Assembly: GCF_006345805.1 (NCBI RefSeq)
Contig: NC_043004.1
Span: 52,204,001-52,268,000 of the forward strand
Origin: Octopus sinensis
Taxonomy: Eukaryota
Length of the DNA: 64,000 bases
Direction of reading: 5' to 3'
Positions 48,787 to 63,620 of the stretch are shown here, one piece after another; the stretch's first letter is position 1, and the number at the start of each line of letters is the position of its first letter. The notes under the pieces were generated by a model. It did no database searches, was not told the origin of the DNA, and saw nothing but the letters and a program-made list of their open reading frames with translations. The position numbers were made by a program, and so were the translations under genes.

Positions 48787-49266
48787 TAAATATATAACCA
48801 TATGTATATATGTATATAACCATATGTATAAATATACAATTATAAAATATCAGATGCGAAAAAAATTCCGCTGTGGCAAGTTTATCCTCTGAAGGGAATT
48901 CGGAAGTAGTCTCAAATAAAAAGGCACGAGTTACTTTACCGTCTACACGTCATCTAAAGTGCCCCCTCCTTGTGTCGTTCCCGACAAGTTAGACAAGCAT
49001 ACACAGATAGGCTCGTTCAGTCTTGCCACTCTCATCCGAAGATAAACTATAATAATAACAACATAAATGGGTGTGATATAATTACGACATAACTAGGGTT
49101 TCAATTCAGATCATAATCGGACGAGGCTAAATGCCACATTACTATTTGTAAACCTACGACAATTCATTAGCGTTGCTACTGTAATTAAATAGTGCATACG
49201 TTCAAATTATCAACATACAATATTCATCAAAAATACAACGATAAATAATAATGGTCAATGTCTTAC

Positions 49267-49605
49267 CTCTCGCTGCATATCACTTCCACCGTTGGTCAGT
49301 ACATTATCCGTAGCGTCATACATACGTGGGACATGTCTTTTAGGTTTTAACGGAGCTTTCTCTGCCATTTGTATAATTAACACCTGTGACTTACGTATAT
49401 CCAAATGATCCATGTTAATACTCTGCTGCCTGCCCTCATCCCAATCGATAACGGATCGATAACTGTTCACGTCAAACGTGTCCAAGTAACTATTTTGGCC
49501 GTTAGCCGTTTTCCAATCAATGACGGGTGAATAGGCTCGAATGTCGATCGAATCCCACGTGCTGCCGTATGTAGCACACTCCATGTCGGTTCTACCTGCA
49601 TCCAT
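49267..49605 (-). CDS. Candidate coding exon of an unidentified gene (113 codons, internal YxxVIDW repeat)
   Basis: Non-repetitive open frame from ATG 49605 ending at a strong donor GAG|GTAAGA (49267/49266); no family recognised. Confidence 0.35.
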
Positions 49606-51777
49606 ACTACTGGTCACTAGTTCAATTTCCAACCGTTTCGAAGAATATTTTCTTACTTCTCTTTATAATTCTACTGTTGCTGTTGATGTTGATGATGACG
49701 ATGATAATGATGGTAATGTTTTTGTAGCGGTAGTTGTTCTACATCGCACCCAGTAGTAGGGTAAATTAGACACAATACTGTTTCTGATTTTCTGTATCGG
49801 AACTGCATCACAATCACAAGTGTCGTCTGACTAATGCTTTGAAAAAAAAAGAAGAGCAAAAAAATAAAAGAATAAATAAACATCTATCAATAGATCGAAT
49901 CTTAACACTGTCGATGAGGTAAATTCTTTGCCAAGTGACGTATCAATTATTGATCCATCTTACTAGCTGTATATAGGTACTCGTTTACAGTAATCCACAT
50001 ACAAATGAATAGCTACTTTATACAACAATAGGCCACATTGCAGCTGTAGATAAGTGCAATATAAAATGTTAATCATCTGTTAAAGTCTATTAGAATCCCT
50101 TAATATATAAATAAGTGTCACGATGTGTTACAGTTCATTTAGTCCCAATTAGATTTTATATGAGGTTTATATTACAAGATGGAGTATAAATGGTCTTACA
50201 GCAATAAGTATGTAACATGAAGTTTTACAGACCGCATTTTATATGAATATCATGGAGAAAGTCAATGATATCAAATCACTAATAGGTACCATAAGATAGT
50301 ATATTGCATGTGGTCCTTTTGAATGGTATATGGTCTACTTAATTATGAATAGTCACCGCGGGGAAATATCGCCCACCACGCTGTAAATGTAAAATGTACA
50401 GGGCATACGATTGATTAATCTATGAATTGTTCCCCTGAAGAGATGGTAATACTATGTGAAGACTGTAGTAAGTTATTACTTAGGCTATGTAACTGCCAAT
50501 AGGCATCAGCTGGGAAAGAAGAGTTCATCTGTTTCCAAATAGCTATCATATTATGAAGCGCTTTGTTACATGAAAACCATTATTTATGTTAATTAAATTA
50601 CAATCAAATATGGTTAATTATCATAAGAAGGTTGAGCAAAGATTTCAGCAGTGTTCCTTCCACAGCGTTTCTGGGTTTCAGCTCTCTGCATGGGTGTTTT
50701 GCATCATAGAAACAATAAAACAGATTGAAGGGTTTTAATTCCCAAACCAGCAAAATTAAGCGAAATTACAATGAAAATCAGACGTCTATAAAACAAGGAC
50801 ACAGTAATGGTAAACAGAATAACCAAAGTATTATTTTATATATGTCCATGAAATTATGTGTTTATTGGCTGTACTAACGATATACAAATCCAAAATCTAC
50901 TGCAGCTTTTGTTTTCTGACAGAAGTGTTTAAAATTGGCACCAGCAACACTGAAGTTCGAAACATATATATATATATAATAGAATCAAGTTATTTACAGA
51001 ACCACAATTACGGTAAAGTGATTTGTGCTTTTTGCTTAGTAAACAAAATCAATCGGTATCCAATTTTCAACATGCCTATATGAGTGAGAATCCGAAAGTT
51101 ACACCACAAGTAATAAATATGTAAATCTATACTGAAGAAAGTTAAAAACGAGCATCAACAAATAGTTCTTAAATCGCCGCAAGTTCATATTCTTCGCGAA
51201 GAATAAGTAAGCACGTTCAGAAAGCTGTACTACAAGGAGGGATTCTTGGTCATCCATTCAGTTAACAACTGAAAGCTATAGATTATATATTCCAGAAGTG
51301 TAGTAATAAATTCTAACGTGTCACTTTATAGGCTTCCATACGTCCATGAATTAATATATTCCATCCAGTGAACTGTTTGCATATATACATTCCAATCGTA
51401 GTTTATATAATCACAGAGAATATATGTGTACGGGCTAAGATGGTAGCGTATGCACATATAAAGAGGTAACTATAGGACTATATATATATATGTGTATATA
51501 TATATATATTAATATATATATATATATATACACATGTACAATTGATAATATATATATATGTGGGGGGTGTATAAGAATTAACCTGTATATGTGTGTGTAC
51601 AGGTGTGTTTTCGTATGAGTGTGTTACGATGTGATAACGTATGTTTGGCATGTGTTTTTCTGTGTATGGTTTATAATGTAAGCAAGGGTGGAATTTTAGA
51701 TATTAACACCTTTGTTAGTGGGATATGAATACGATTAGCAGAGTGATTTTGTATCAGCATCACAAATGTGTGTGTCC

Positions 51778-51815
<38 letters not shown>

Positions 51816-52844
51816 CGTAAGTGTATATGTATCTATGTATATGTCTATATGTATACAGACATAACATAAATGATGAGAGAAAGAAAGGGAGAAAGACGTT
51901 AACACATGTATGTTTGCCTGTGTATGTATTTATGAATGTATGTGCATATATATATTTGTGTGTATGTGTATGTATATATGGGTGTAGAGTGTGGGTGCGC
52001 GTGTGTATAAATGAAATTCAGCGTGAAAGAGCGAAAAATATATAGCACTATATGAAAGATAAAGTAAAGAAAGAGAGAAAATAGGAGAGAGAGAGGGAGA
52101 GAAAGCGAGAGAGAAAAAGAGAGATGGGTAAAAGACAGATACTATGAAGGAAAAGAAAAAGGCAGATAAATAAAAGGTGAACGAATATTAAATATGTAAA
52201 GAGAGGCAGATGAAAAGTGAAAATGAGACAGAGAGGTAAAAATATTACGTGTATAGGAAAAAAAAAATAGTATGATACAAATTAGTAAGTAGATGGAGGG
52301 AGAGAGGGAATAAGAGATAAATGGGAAAAGAATTTTTTGCAAAAGAAGAGGGTAGGTAGAAAGAGAAAACTAGATGATGATGTCGGTGTAAAATCCACGA
52401 AGGGTCCAATAGTATTAATGCCCGGTTATGAAAAAAAAACATGCGTGATCCAGGCCTCCTTCGATAAACATGTGTTGCTGTTGGGAATTCCTTGCAAACA
52501 CTCAACTAACATACTTTGTGAAACGACACCCAATAACAGTAGCAGAAAGAGCAATGAAAGTGTTGTTGTTGATGTAGTCGTTGTTGTTGCTGTTGTTGTT
52601 GTTGTTGGTGGTGGTGGTGCAGTGGGGGTGATAGTTTGGGTGGATAATGAAACGTTTGTGTCGAGGGAACAACAACAGGTAGATAGATGTTTAAAGTGGT
52701 TTGGGAAAATGTATGTTATTTCATTGTTTGATAATGCTTTGAAGAAAAAATGGTGAGGAACAAATTACAATAGGGAAGATGTTCTTTAAAAGCACCCAAC
52801 CGCATACAAATACATATAAACATTCACAAGCACTCACACACACA

Positions 52845-52888
<44 letters not shown>

Positions 52889-53046
52889 GGCAGAGACATG
52901 CACACAAAAAAACGTCAGATGTGTATATAGAAGTTTAATAGCATTTGCAATAGGGTTGTTAGAAGAAAAAAATAACACGATGTGTTAAGCAATTTGTCAT
53001 ATTTAAATGTATGTGTGGAGGTATGTTCTTACGGGTGTACGCATGC

Positions 53047-53079
<33 letters not shown>

Positions 53080-53209
53080 TATATATATATATATGTGTGT
53101 GTGTAAACATATGTATTTATATATATGCATGTATGCATATATATATTTATTTAAGTATGTATATATATGTATATGTATATGTGTATATGTATATATATAT
53201 ATGTGTATG

Positions 53210-53313
<104 letters not shown>

Positions 53314-53835
53314 CATGTTTGTGTGCTGGTATGTATGTATGTAGCACGTTTATGAGAATGAATAATTCTTGAGAGAAAGAAATAGAATTGGGTGAAGACA
53401 GAAATGTAAAAAAAATATATATATAACTAAGTACCAAATGTTGAGGAAATACAGAGACAACGAATGGCACACGAGACATATATACTACTTACATACTTGT
53501 TTGAGTCGGCCTCTGTATTTCTCTGTCTCACATTCCCTCTCACTAGTTTATATATATATATATATATATATCTGTGTGTGTGTGTATGTGTGTGAGTATA
53601 TATGTATATATATATTATATATGTATATATATATATATACATATGAGTATAAATATATGTATATATACATTATATATATGTGTGTGTGTATGTGTCTATG
53701 CATGCATATATATATATATATACACATACATACATACATACATATGTATATACACATAAATACATGCATACATACAATATACACATGTTTATATACACAG
53801 ACAGACAGACACACACATACACTCACACGCATATA

Positions 53836-53870
<35 letters not shown>

Positions 53871-54859
53871 CTTATACGACAGAGAAAGTCAGACAGAAGG
53901 AAAAGAAAACAGGAGAGAGAGAGTGGGGGAGAGAGTTAGGTAGACACAGATAAAGTATTGGAAGTCATTAAATCTGTTTACGGTTAGCAGTGAATTGACA
54001 GGTAATGAGTTCAATACCCATTGATTCTATAGCTTTCAATTGTCGTGCAATGATAGGTGATGCAGCAGATGATGGTGGCGGTGATGCTTGTGATTCTACA
54101 GATTTTGGTAAAGGGTGAGAGTAGGGTTGGTTGTTGAGTCGACATATCGTAGAAAAGTGAGTATAGATTTAGATGTAAATGAGGAGGTGGGTGCAGACAA
54201 TGTTTGTGTGATGACTGCAACAAAACAAAAGACGATGGTTCAATATAATGCATTTCATTAGAAACAAATCGACATGGTTAGGTTTCTGATGACGATGGGG
54301 TGGTGGTGGTGGTGGTAGTTGTGGTGATGGTGATGGCGGTAGTAGTAGAAATGGCGGCAAATGTTTGTTTTATTTTCTTGGTCACAGTGTTTTTGTTCTT
54401 GGTGTTGTGTGTGGTGCAGTAGTTATTTTGCAAAGGCAGATTTGTAAAGGTTGTTCTTTAGTTCCACGTCAGTCAGAACAAAGCAATCCCATATAAAAAT
54501 TATTCCAACCATGACCATCTCGTCTTTTTACCAATTTGGATTGAATTTAGGAGTACAATATCTAATGTGTCGGTTTTTAATGTAGTAGATTGTGATTTGA
54601 TTGTGATTAGAACCCGCACGTAGTGACTTCTACCTTGGTTAACTGTACAGATTGTGTATGGGTATGGCGGTGGGAGAAATACTGTAATTCCTTTAGTGTT
54701 CTTTACTGTATATGCAGACACTGATGTTAATATGTAATCCTTTTGATAGCAACTCCCATCCTGTAAAACTGATCCTGTTTCCATGATATAAAGATTCTCT
54801 TTTAAAGTGACCTAAATTAAAAACCCTCCATCAAAATTTCATGTTAATATATGTTCCAA

Positions 54860-55130
54860 ACATCTTCTCAATAATCATTTCTAATAAAGGCACAATATTT
54901 GAGGGGAGAGAAATAGTCGATCACATTGACACCAGTATTTCACTCGTAATTAATTTATCGACCCTGAAAGTTTGAAAGCAAGGTTGACCCTGAAAGTTGA
55001 AAGGCAAATTGACCCTGAAAAATGAAAGGCAAAGTCGACCTCGGTGGAATTTGAATTCGGAAAGTAAAGACGAACAAGATGTCGCTAAAAACCTTTCCCA
55101 GGGATATAACAATTCTGCCAGCTCACCGCA
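54860..55130 (-). mobile_element. SINE family B with an internal triplication
   Basis: gaccctgaaa..tgaaag.caa repeated three times before gtcgacctcgg. Confidence 0.8.
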
Positions 55131-56399
55131 TTACACCACCTTTATAATAAGTGTTATTTTTCCTGAATTCTTTATTATTTTCAAAATCAATTGACCCAAA
55201 AGCAGTGTACCGATACAGAAATATGGAAACAAAACGGTTAAGACAGACAGGATTGAAGCAACACAGGTTTTCAAAGATGCTAATTCCTAGGTAAGATTAT
55301 GTCGATAAAAGAAGATTGTTGTAGGTGTGTGAGTGACGTTCTTTGTGCTGACGATGGGTAAACCTTATGCCAACCATGACGACGGCGATGCTGACGACGA
55401 TGATATATTAATGATGATGAGAATGATGATAATAGTGATGAGAATAATGATAACGAGGTGTGGTTCTTGATTATACTGCGGTATTAATGATAATAATGAT
55501 GATGATGACGAATAGGAGGAAAACGAAAACTTCCACAATGCAAAAAAAAAAAGCGAGAAAAGCGGAACAAAGAAAGGTAGTAATAGGACAAGACGAAGAG
55601 AAATAGGAAGAAAAGACATATATAATGATAAATTATGGTCACTGTATCAGTGCTGATTTCAGTATATAACAATTAATTAGTATGCTTGTGTGAACTAGCA
55701 AAGTCTCCTTATTACAAAGTTACAGACGGTAACTGTATGATATACGGAGATCCAGACGAGAAAAATATGAGAAAAATATATCTACAAAAACTGAGTGCAA
55801 AGTTAGAAATATAAGAAAATTTCCTTACATTAACAAACAGAATAATTCCCATAAATTATCCACTCAACTAATAGGAAACACGAGTTTATAATAAAAAATT
55901 GCGGGACAAAAGTTATTCATGAAATGGCTGACTTAGAAACTGAGAGAGTATTTTATCATACAGTCAAATAATAGTGAATAACAAATAATTGAGATATATT
56001 TATGATCACCATTATTTGATTGACTTGTGTCAGATATTAACCATATTGTTGGTTGCATATCAAATTGATCATTCAATGAACATACACGTAGACACACATA
56101 CAGACATACACACACGGTCATACTTTAGACAAAACGTCGTAAAAATACTACTGGAAAAAATTGTGTCGCCCAGGTATATATTGCAACTCAACAACAGATT
56201 CTTTTCACAGTCAACAACTCATACTAAAACGCATAATAAAGCATCCATAAAACGTAAGAAACAATCATCATCTAAAATTTACTGCACACGTGAACTATTC
56301 AAAAGACAAGAAGAAAAAATCTCGCAAACAAAATAACAATACTAACAGCACAATAAAGGAAAAGCTCAATTGTTCACTTTCAAATGATATTACAATAAA

Positions 56400-56960
56400 G
56401 AATGAACACGGAAGGAAAGCTATCCCGTAAGTGAGTGCAATACGCTAGCACAAGAGTGTATGAGTTGGCACGACTGTGAAGTGAAATGTGTTCATTGTGA
56501 TGTTAGCTAAGTTGCTCGATTCAAGGTTGCACAAAAGTGGTAAGAACACGAGACACATGAAAAATAGTTAGAATATTTTATGGGATTACTATCGAAAAAC
56601 TGACCATAATATCGGTACAAGGAAACGAAATATAATTTTAGAGGACATAAAACACAAACAGCATTAAATTTGCAATTCCATAATGATAATGTGCAGAATA
56701 TGAAACGACCTGCGACAATTTAGAAGAATTAGGACGTGGACAGAAAGATGAAGAAATTATGGAAGACAAAGATGACAATTATTCCTGTTGAAATTGGTGC
56801 ACTTGGCACTTGGCACAACATCCGAAATGCTAAGAGGTTTAAGGAAATTGTAATTGAGATTCATCCTGTCGATCTGCACAAAAGTATTTTGTAACCATCT
56901 ATCGAAAGGTTTTCGAGATGTCAGGTTACTCATTGTCACACAACCTCGGAATAATATCTC
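56400..56960 (+). pseudogene. Fourth R4/Dong-type RLE fossil
   Basis: SECNTLAQ...HD...VH...QKW*EHE...MKKLWKTKMTIIPVEIGALGT...LHKSIL. Confidence 0.7.
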
Positions 56961-57193
56961 TTGAAGTTAAATTAATATATAATAGCGTTTTATTATTAAT
57001 GATAACGGTTCCAAATTTTGTAACAACGTTATCAATTTCTCGGAAGGTCATAAGTCAATTACATCGACTCCCAGTGTACAGTTGGTACTTATAGTGGCAT
57101 TTAATGACAATGATGAAGATGATAATGATGAAAACGACGCCGGTAACGACTTCTATTTTCCAACTACTGTCACCACCACCACCACCACCACCA

Positions 57194-57194
57194 A

Positions 57195-57285
<91 letters not shown>

Positions 57286-57301
57286 AGCTGCTACTACTAC
57301 T
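57194..57301. repeat. (TAC)n microsatellite
   Basis: Direct inspection. Confidence 0.95.
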
Positions 57302-59082
57302 ACAAAAACGTTTAACTGAGTATATCAAGTTCAATATTATAATCATTGCTATTACATTTAAATACATCATTTCATTTCGTCGCTATTCAATTCCCAGTGA
57401 CAGGTGTTTAATACGCGGCGCCGGTTTCATATGCAGTATATGTGTGTGTATCTGTACATGTGTGTGTTGTGTGTGTGTGTGCATGTCTGTATCTGTATGT
57501 AGGTGTGTGTCTTTGTGGGTATAACCACACATCTTTGTGTGGATGTATGTATATACGTATAGCAATTGCTCAGTGATCAAAGATAATTTGTGTTCTTGCG
57601 CTTTCTCGTTCTCAATGGCTTTTTATTTTTTTACTTTCTACGAATGACCTTTCTATGCATGGGGAGAGACAAAAGCTGTATCTTACACTATGCTTCCAAC
57701 TATTTAGCTTTTCTTCACCCTTTTCTCAGTATACTACTTTCAGTAGATGGGACGACAAATGAAGTCACCAGAAACAGATATCTCTACGCCATATATCATT
57801 ATGAAAATAGTTTCTACAGCACAAGTGTCACCTCCGAGTCTTTGTAATTATCCTTTCGTCTCAGGACGAACCGAGATGACTAGCAATGACGTAGAACCGC
57901 TGGATTTACATCAGTTTCTCTAATTCGTTGAAGGGTGCTGTGAGTATAACTAGATATTCCTCACTCCCAGTTACTTTACTCTTTGCTCTTACAACAAAGA
58001 ACATTTTTGCATCGAGTCGCCCTGCTGGAGTGGTGGCTGACAGGTGCTACTACTCCGGGAGAATGAAAACCTGGTAACAATAATGGTTAAGTGGTGATTC
58101 CACACAATTTCAAACTCTAGAAATCACGAATCTGATCCCTCCCCAAATATTAAAGTCATACCCAGGATATACATAGAGAAACATTCATACAAAGGTAGGT
58201 ACATACATATGTGTATGTGTGTATAAATATACAGACATATGTAATGAAGGAATATGATATAATGTTTATTTACCCCCCCCCTCGCTGCATATATATATAT
58301 ATATAAAATATTTTATGAAAAGCCTATAAATATTCATCAGCTGTTGCATATATTCTCACGTGACCTTTCAAAACACGTGCACACTTGTATACTTATGTAT
58401 AAATATTGACTACAGCTACATATATATAAATATAAACATATTTTTGGGCCACTATTTCCTATATATACAATTAGATGAGTATGATGATGATGATGATGAT
58501 GATGGTGACGACGACGACCACAACTATGACGACAACGATTTTGATAATAATGAATCCAGTAGACGAACAATAACAGAGATAAGATGTCTGATATACTGTT
58601 AGATAAGCCATTGAATCACATTGAAGATATATCAAAACGGAAAGCGTCTGACGTCTGATGGAGACCAAAGTTTTTTCTCTCTCTTTTCTTTACCATCGCC
58701 AACTCTCTCTTTCTTTCTATCTATCCATCTTCCAAACCTTTTGTTACACTCGCTTGTATTCATCCTCACAATCTTTATACTTCCCGCCTACAATATTTAA
58801 CAATCAATCACATCTAAGGTAAACAAAGCCCACCAAATCACTTCTTATTGCTTCGAATTAGCTGTGTTGTGTTATCTTTTTTTTTTGTCTTTTATACATT
58901 TGAAACGGTTTCTTTTTAGCTTCATTCAAGATTTTCTTTTACCTCTTTCCTTTAACTGTCTCTTCATTATTCTATTATATATTATACATCTATGTATGTG
59001 AAAATGTGTGGGTGTGTGTGTATATATATATATATATGAATGTATATATTTGTGTATATACAGATATATATGCGAGTATATA

Positions 59083-59134
<52 letters not shown>

Positions 59135-60252
59135 CTTATATATGCGTATACATATAAAAAATACATATATACATATATGCATATACATACATAAAAATAT
59201 ATATGTATATATGTATATATATATTATGTAATATATGTATGTATATGTATATATGCATACAAGTATTTATATATATGTATATATATATATTATATATATA
59301 TATTATATATATATATATAATATATATATATATATATAGATACATGTTTTTGTAAATATTTCCATAGTCTTGAAATAGGTAGGACATTTTCCTCTTTTCT
59401 ATCTCTCTCACTTTTTCTTCCTGAAGGTTCGGTAGGTAGTAGCAAATCTGACAAAATATTTTTTTATGGGTGCAGAGAAATACTTAGTTCTGAAGTTTGA
59501 TCTTTTAAGCAGCAGCAGCCGAGAAGAAGGTGGAGAAAAAGGAGGGGAAGAAAAGAAGAAAACGGGAATGATATGACCCAGTAGCAGAGGCTATCCATGG
59601 AATCTACTGGAATGGTCAATTGACCTAAAAGTGACCTGTGTGGTGAAAGCAGCTCTTGTAGGGACACGAAATAAATTCATGTGCAGCGACTGTTCTTAAT
59701 ATATGTACCGTTTTTAATATTTGCGTGGGTATTATTCTAAGATCCTTGTAGTAGTGTCATCTGAGGTGGAAGCATTCAAAGGATGTTTATATTTTGCGAT
59801 AGAATATGATTCTTTGCTAATGCGCTGATTATAGGTTGTATTGTTCCTAAATTTATAGAAGGGAAAAATTCTAAAGTTGGGTCGTTCATTAGTGGCACAA
59901 ATGTCGATGAGTTCACTTAATGCTATTTTTCTGTATTCCTATATTTTAATCTGGAATCTATGTACGGTCAACCTCTGGCGAAATATTCGGGAAAAGTGCC
60001 CAACAGAGTTAAAAAAAAAACAGAAAAAATTAATCCTGGTGTTGATAGGGTAAAAAATTATGGAACTATTTCAGCTGCTGTTGCTGCTGCTGCTGATCAT
60101 CATCTTCATGAGTGCGGTGGCGTTGGCGGTAGTGGTGGTGGTGGTTATGTGGTGGTGGTGGTGGTTATGATGTTAGTGGTACTGGTAGTATTGCTGCTTG
60201 TGGGATGGTTGCTGATGAGCGTGCCCTCGAAAACTGATATAACCATATATAC

Positions 60253-60328
<76 letters not shown>

Positions 60329-61259
60329 TTAAGATTCAGTTGAATTAGCTACTGAAATTGAGGCACAGCTCCAAGTTAGGTGAACAATGTAAGGGTGTAG
60401 ACATCTACAGCTTTGTTACCTATTTACATATATATATATTATATATATATATATATAATAATATATATATATAATATATATATATATATTATATATTATG
60501 TATGTATGTATGTATGTATGATGTATGTATGTGATATGCATATTGTATTCTGATCAACACATTTCTCGTCTTACATTGGGGACGAGTATTTATCTCATGA
60601 TTTTATGGTTATATCACTCTTCATCGACACGATCATCTGCACTACCCCACAAACACCAATATTATCAGTACCACCACTAATATCATAACCAACACCACAA
60701 CCACCACCACCACCACCACCACCACCACCACCACCACCACCACCACCACTACCACCACCACCACCATCACCACCACCACCACCATCACCACCACCACAAT
60801 CACCACCACCACTACCGTCAATGCCGCAGCCTTCATCATCCTCATCGTCATCCTCATCATCATCATCATCAGCAGCAGCAGCAGCCGCAGCAGCAGCAGC
60901 TGAAGCAGCTGAAGCAGCTCCATGATTTTCTTTGAGTCTACCAACATCCGGATTAATGTCATTTTGGGTTTTTTAGCCCTGTTACTCAACCTATCGGTCA
61001 CTTTTCCTGAGACACTCGCCTACGGGGACATAAATACACCAACACTTGTTGTCAATCATTGATTTGGAACAGTGAGACATATTTGCATAAACACACAGAC
61101 ACACATACACCCACCATGCCCCCCCCACACACACACATTCGATGACATCAGAGAGGAGACAAAATTGTCGCTAAGGAACGCAATGACGCTTTGGCTGATA
61201 AGTAATGAGGATTTGGTGACCTTTTGTTCGTGCATTTATTATATTCTTTTATATAATAT

Positions 61260-61319
<60 letters not shown>

Positions 61320-61591
61320 ATTAGAGATAAAACCACTATTAGGCAAATCAAACAATGAAAAACTTAAGCCAATACATAAAATTAATTAATTTATAATATT
61401 TTGAATATATATCAAAAGTATTAAAAGTTTAATAGAAGATAATGAGTAAAACACTACGATCGTTTCATGGCAGTCCAATTCGTAATAATTCGAGTTATGG
61501 TTACAGTCAATCTTCAGGTAATTGAAATATCTAAAATATAATCAGAAATATTTAAACAATATTTTTAAGATATAAATATATATATATATAA

Positions 61592-61790
61592 AGTTAATCC
61601 AAACAAGAAAACACAAAAAAAACACAACAACGTGAGGACGTGGAACAAATATAGTATTATTGGACGCTCAGGAAAGTGGAAAGAAGGAGGGTTTAACGTT
61701 TCGAGCGGAGCTCTTTGTCGGAAACATAGGAGAAGGAAAGATCCAGAGAAGGGAAGACAGAAAAAAAATCACCAACGGTACACACGAGGT

Positions 61791-61795
<5 letters not shown>
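61592..61795 (-). mobile_element. Family G hammerhead-motif element, copy 2
   Basis: Minus strand GTTT-CCGACAA-A-GAGC(TCC)GCTC-GAAA-CG-TT-AAAC at 61691-61725; flanked by (TA)n. Confidence 0.8.
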
Positions 61796-61843
<48 letters not shown>

Positions 61844-61864
61844 GTGTGTGTGTTGTCTGTGTAA

Positions 61865-62000
61865 ATATATACGACGGACCTATATCATTTTCCGTCGACT
61901 AAATCCATAGAGAAAGCTTTGGTCGGCCCAAGGTTATAGTAGAATAGACAAGCTCAAATTATCTCACTGTGGAACTGAGTCATGAAATACCTACCTTACG
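61865..62000 (-). mobile_element. SINE family A head, degenerate
   Basis: acgacgg...ttccgtc.actaaatcc...gctttggtcggccc.agg.tatagtagaa. Confidence 0.7.
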
Positions 62001-62783
62001 GACTTCTTACCTTACAGCAACGTCAGTGCCTATATTATTAAATTCCCTAAAATTATTATCCGAATATTCATGTTCAGAGGTTTCTCTGAATATGGATAAT
62101 GTTTACTCAGTAAGGTAGGGATATTGAAAATTCGTGTTATGTTTAGAAAAGATAACGTTACCCAAATTTTTTTACTTGAGTCGAATAGAAGAAGCCACAT
62201 CAAATCCTTATTACAGTATTAGTGTGAACAGATTTAGGACTGGCTTGCTTCTAAGTGCAAAGAGTCATACAATCTATAAAAGGAATTGAATGTGATTAGT
62301 AAAATTTTAGATAATTCCACAATAAATGAAAAGGGAATTTCATCGCTTTACGAGATCCTCTTTAATAAAGAAATTAAGAATTCAGTCAAGAGTAAATATA
62401 TTCTGATATACCTTAACTGGGGGAGATTTTCTGTAAAGAAAAAAAAACTCTGTTGTTATATTGCTCATTTCTCTGAAGCGCACGTACTAGGCACAATCAA
62501 AATTTCATTAACTGATTTATACATTGTGCGATTCCCATGTTGTACACAACTTAGCCAATTCTTAATATAACAACTGTCTGTGTTATAGCTGATATCTACA
62601 TTTCCTCGCAAGAAAAAGGGGGAAAATGGGAATTATCTCACGATATCTTGAAGTTCTTACAATTCTTATGACGTTAACAGTGTGTATGTTTATGTATGTA
62701 TGTATGTATGTATGTATATATGTATGCATGTATCTATCTATCTATCTACCTACTTACCTATCTATCTATATATCTATCTATCC

Positions 62784-62852
<69 letters not shown>

Positions 62853-63234
62853 CATACATACACACATACACACACACAGACACACACACACACAAACATA
62901 AGTGCAGGAGTGGATGAGTGGTAAGAAGTTTGCTTCCCAGCCACATGGTTCCGGGTTCAGTCCCACTGTGTGGCATCTTGGGCAAGAGTCTTTCACTATA
63001 GCCTCGGGTCGACCAAAGGGTTGTGAGAGGATATGTCGCATATATATATATATAGAAATTCGGGGTGAGTACTTACTTCAACATCCAAATTTCCTCATTC
63101 TACATTGAGAGAAGAAAGAGATAGACGCTTCAATTCTATGCTGTTGCCGCATTATGTCGTACGCGAATGAGAGGATTTGCATCCCCAACCAAGAATTTTT
63201 GATGTAACACATGTCCTTGTGAAAGCTGTTGTGC

Positions 63235-63312
63235 GCAGCTGAAGAAGGCCACAGACATACATTATGCATTGTTATAAATCTGTCTAATAAAGGCCCGAAA
63301 CATATGTACCGC
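63235..63312 (+). ncRNA. Type I hammerhead ribozyme motif
   Basis: GCAG-CTGAAGA-A-GGCC(AGACA/TGTCT inner helix)GGCC-C-GAAA-CATATG-TA-CCGC. Palindromic stem III ACATATGT, GUA triplet (cleavage after 63308), one mismatch in stem I. Confidence 0.75.
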
Positions 63313-63347
63313 TGAATCCTTGGCATCATGTTTTTATTTTGATCAAT

Positions 63348-63380
<33 letters not shown>

Positions 63381-63433
63381 ATATATATATATATAATATA
63401 TATATTATATATAAATAATATATATATATATAT

Positions 63434-63620
63434 AGTTAATCCAAACATGAAAACACAAAGAGAAAACACAACAACGCGAGGACGTGGAACAAATATAGTA
63501 TTATTGGACGCTCAGGAAAGAGAGAAAGAAGGAGGGCGTAACGTTTCGAGCGGAGCTCTTCGTCGGAAACATAGGAGAAGGAAAGATCCAGAGAAGCGAA
63601 GACAGAGGAAAAAAAATCGC
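63434..63620 (-). mobile_element. Family G hammerhead-motif element, copy 3
   Basis: Minus strand GTTT-CCGACGA-A-GAGC(TCC)GCTC-GAAA-CG-TT-ACGC at 63536-63570. Confidence 0.8.

Noticed and set aside
54500-54784. 94-aa minus-strand ORF METGSVLQDG...
   Set aside because: No recognisable domain and no convincing splice-site pair; the length is within chance expectation.
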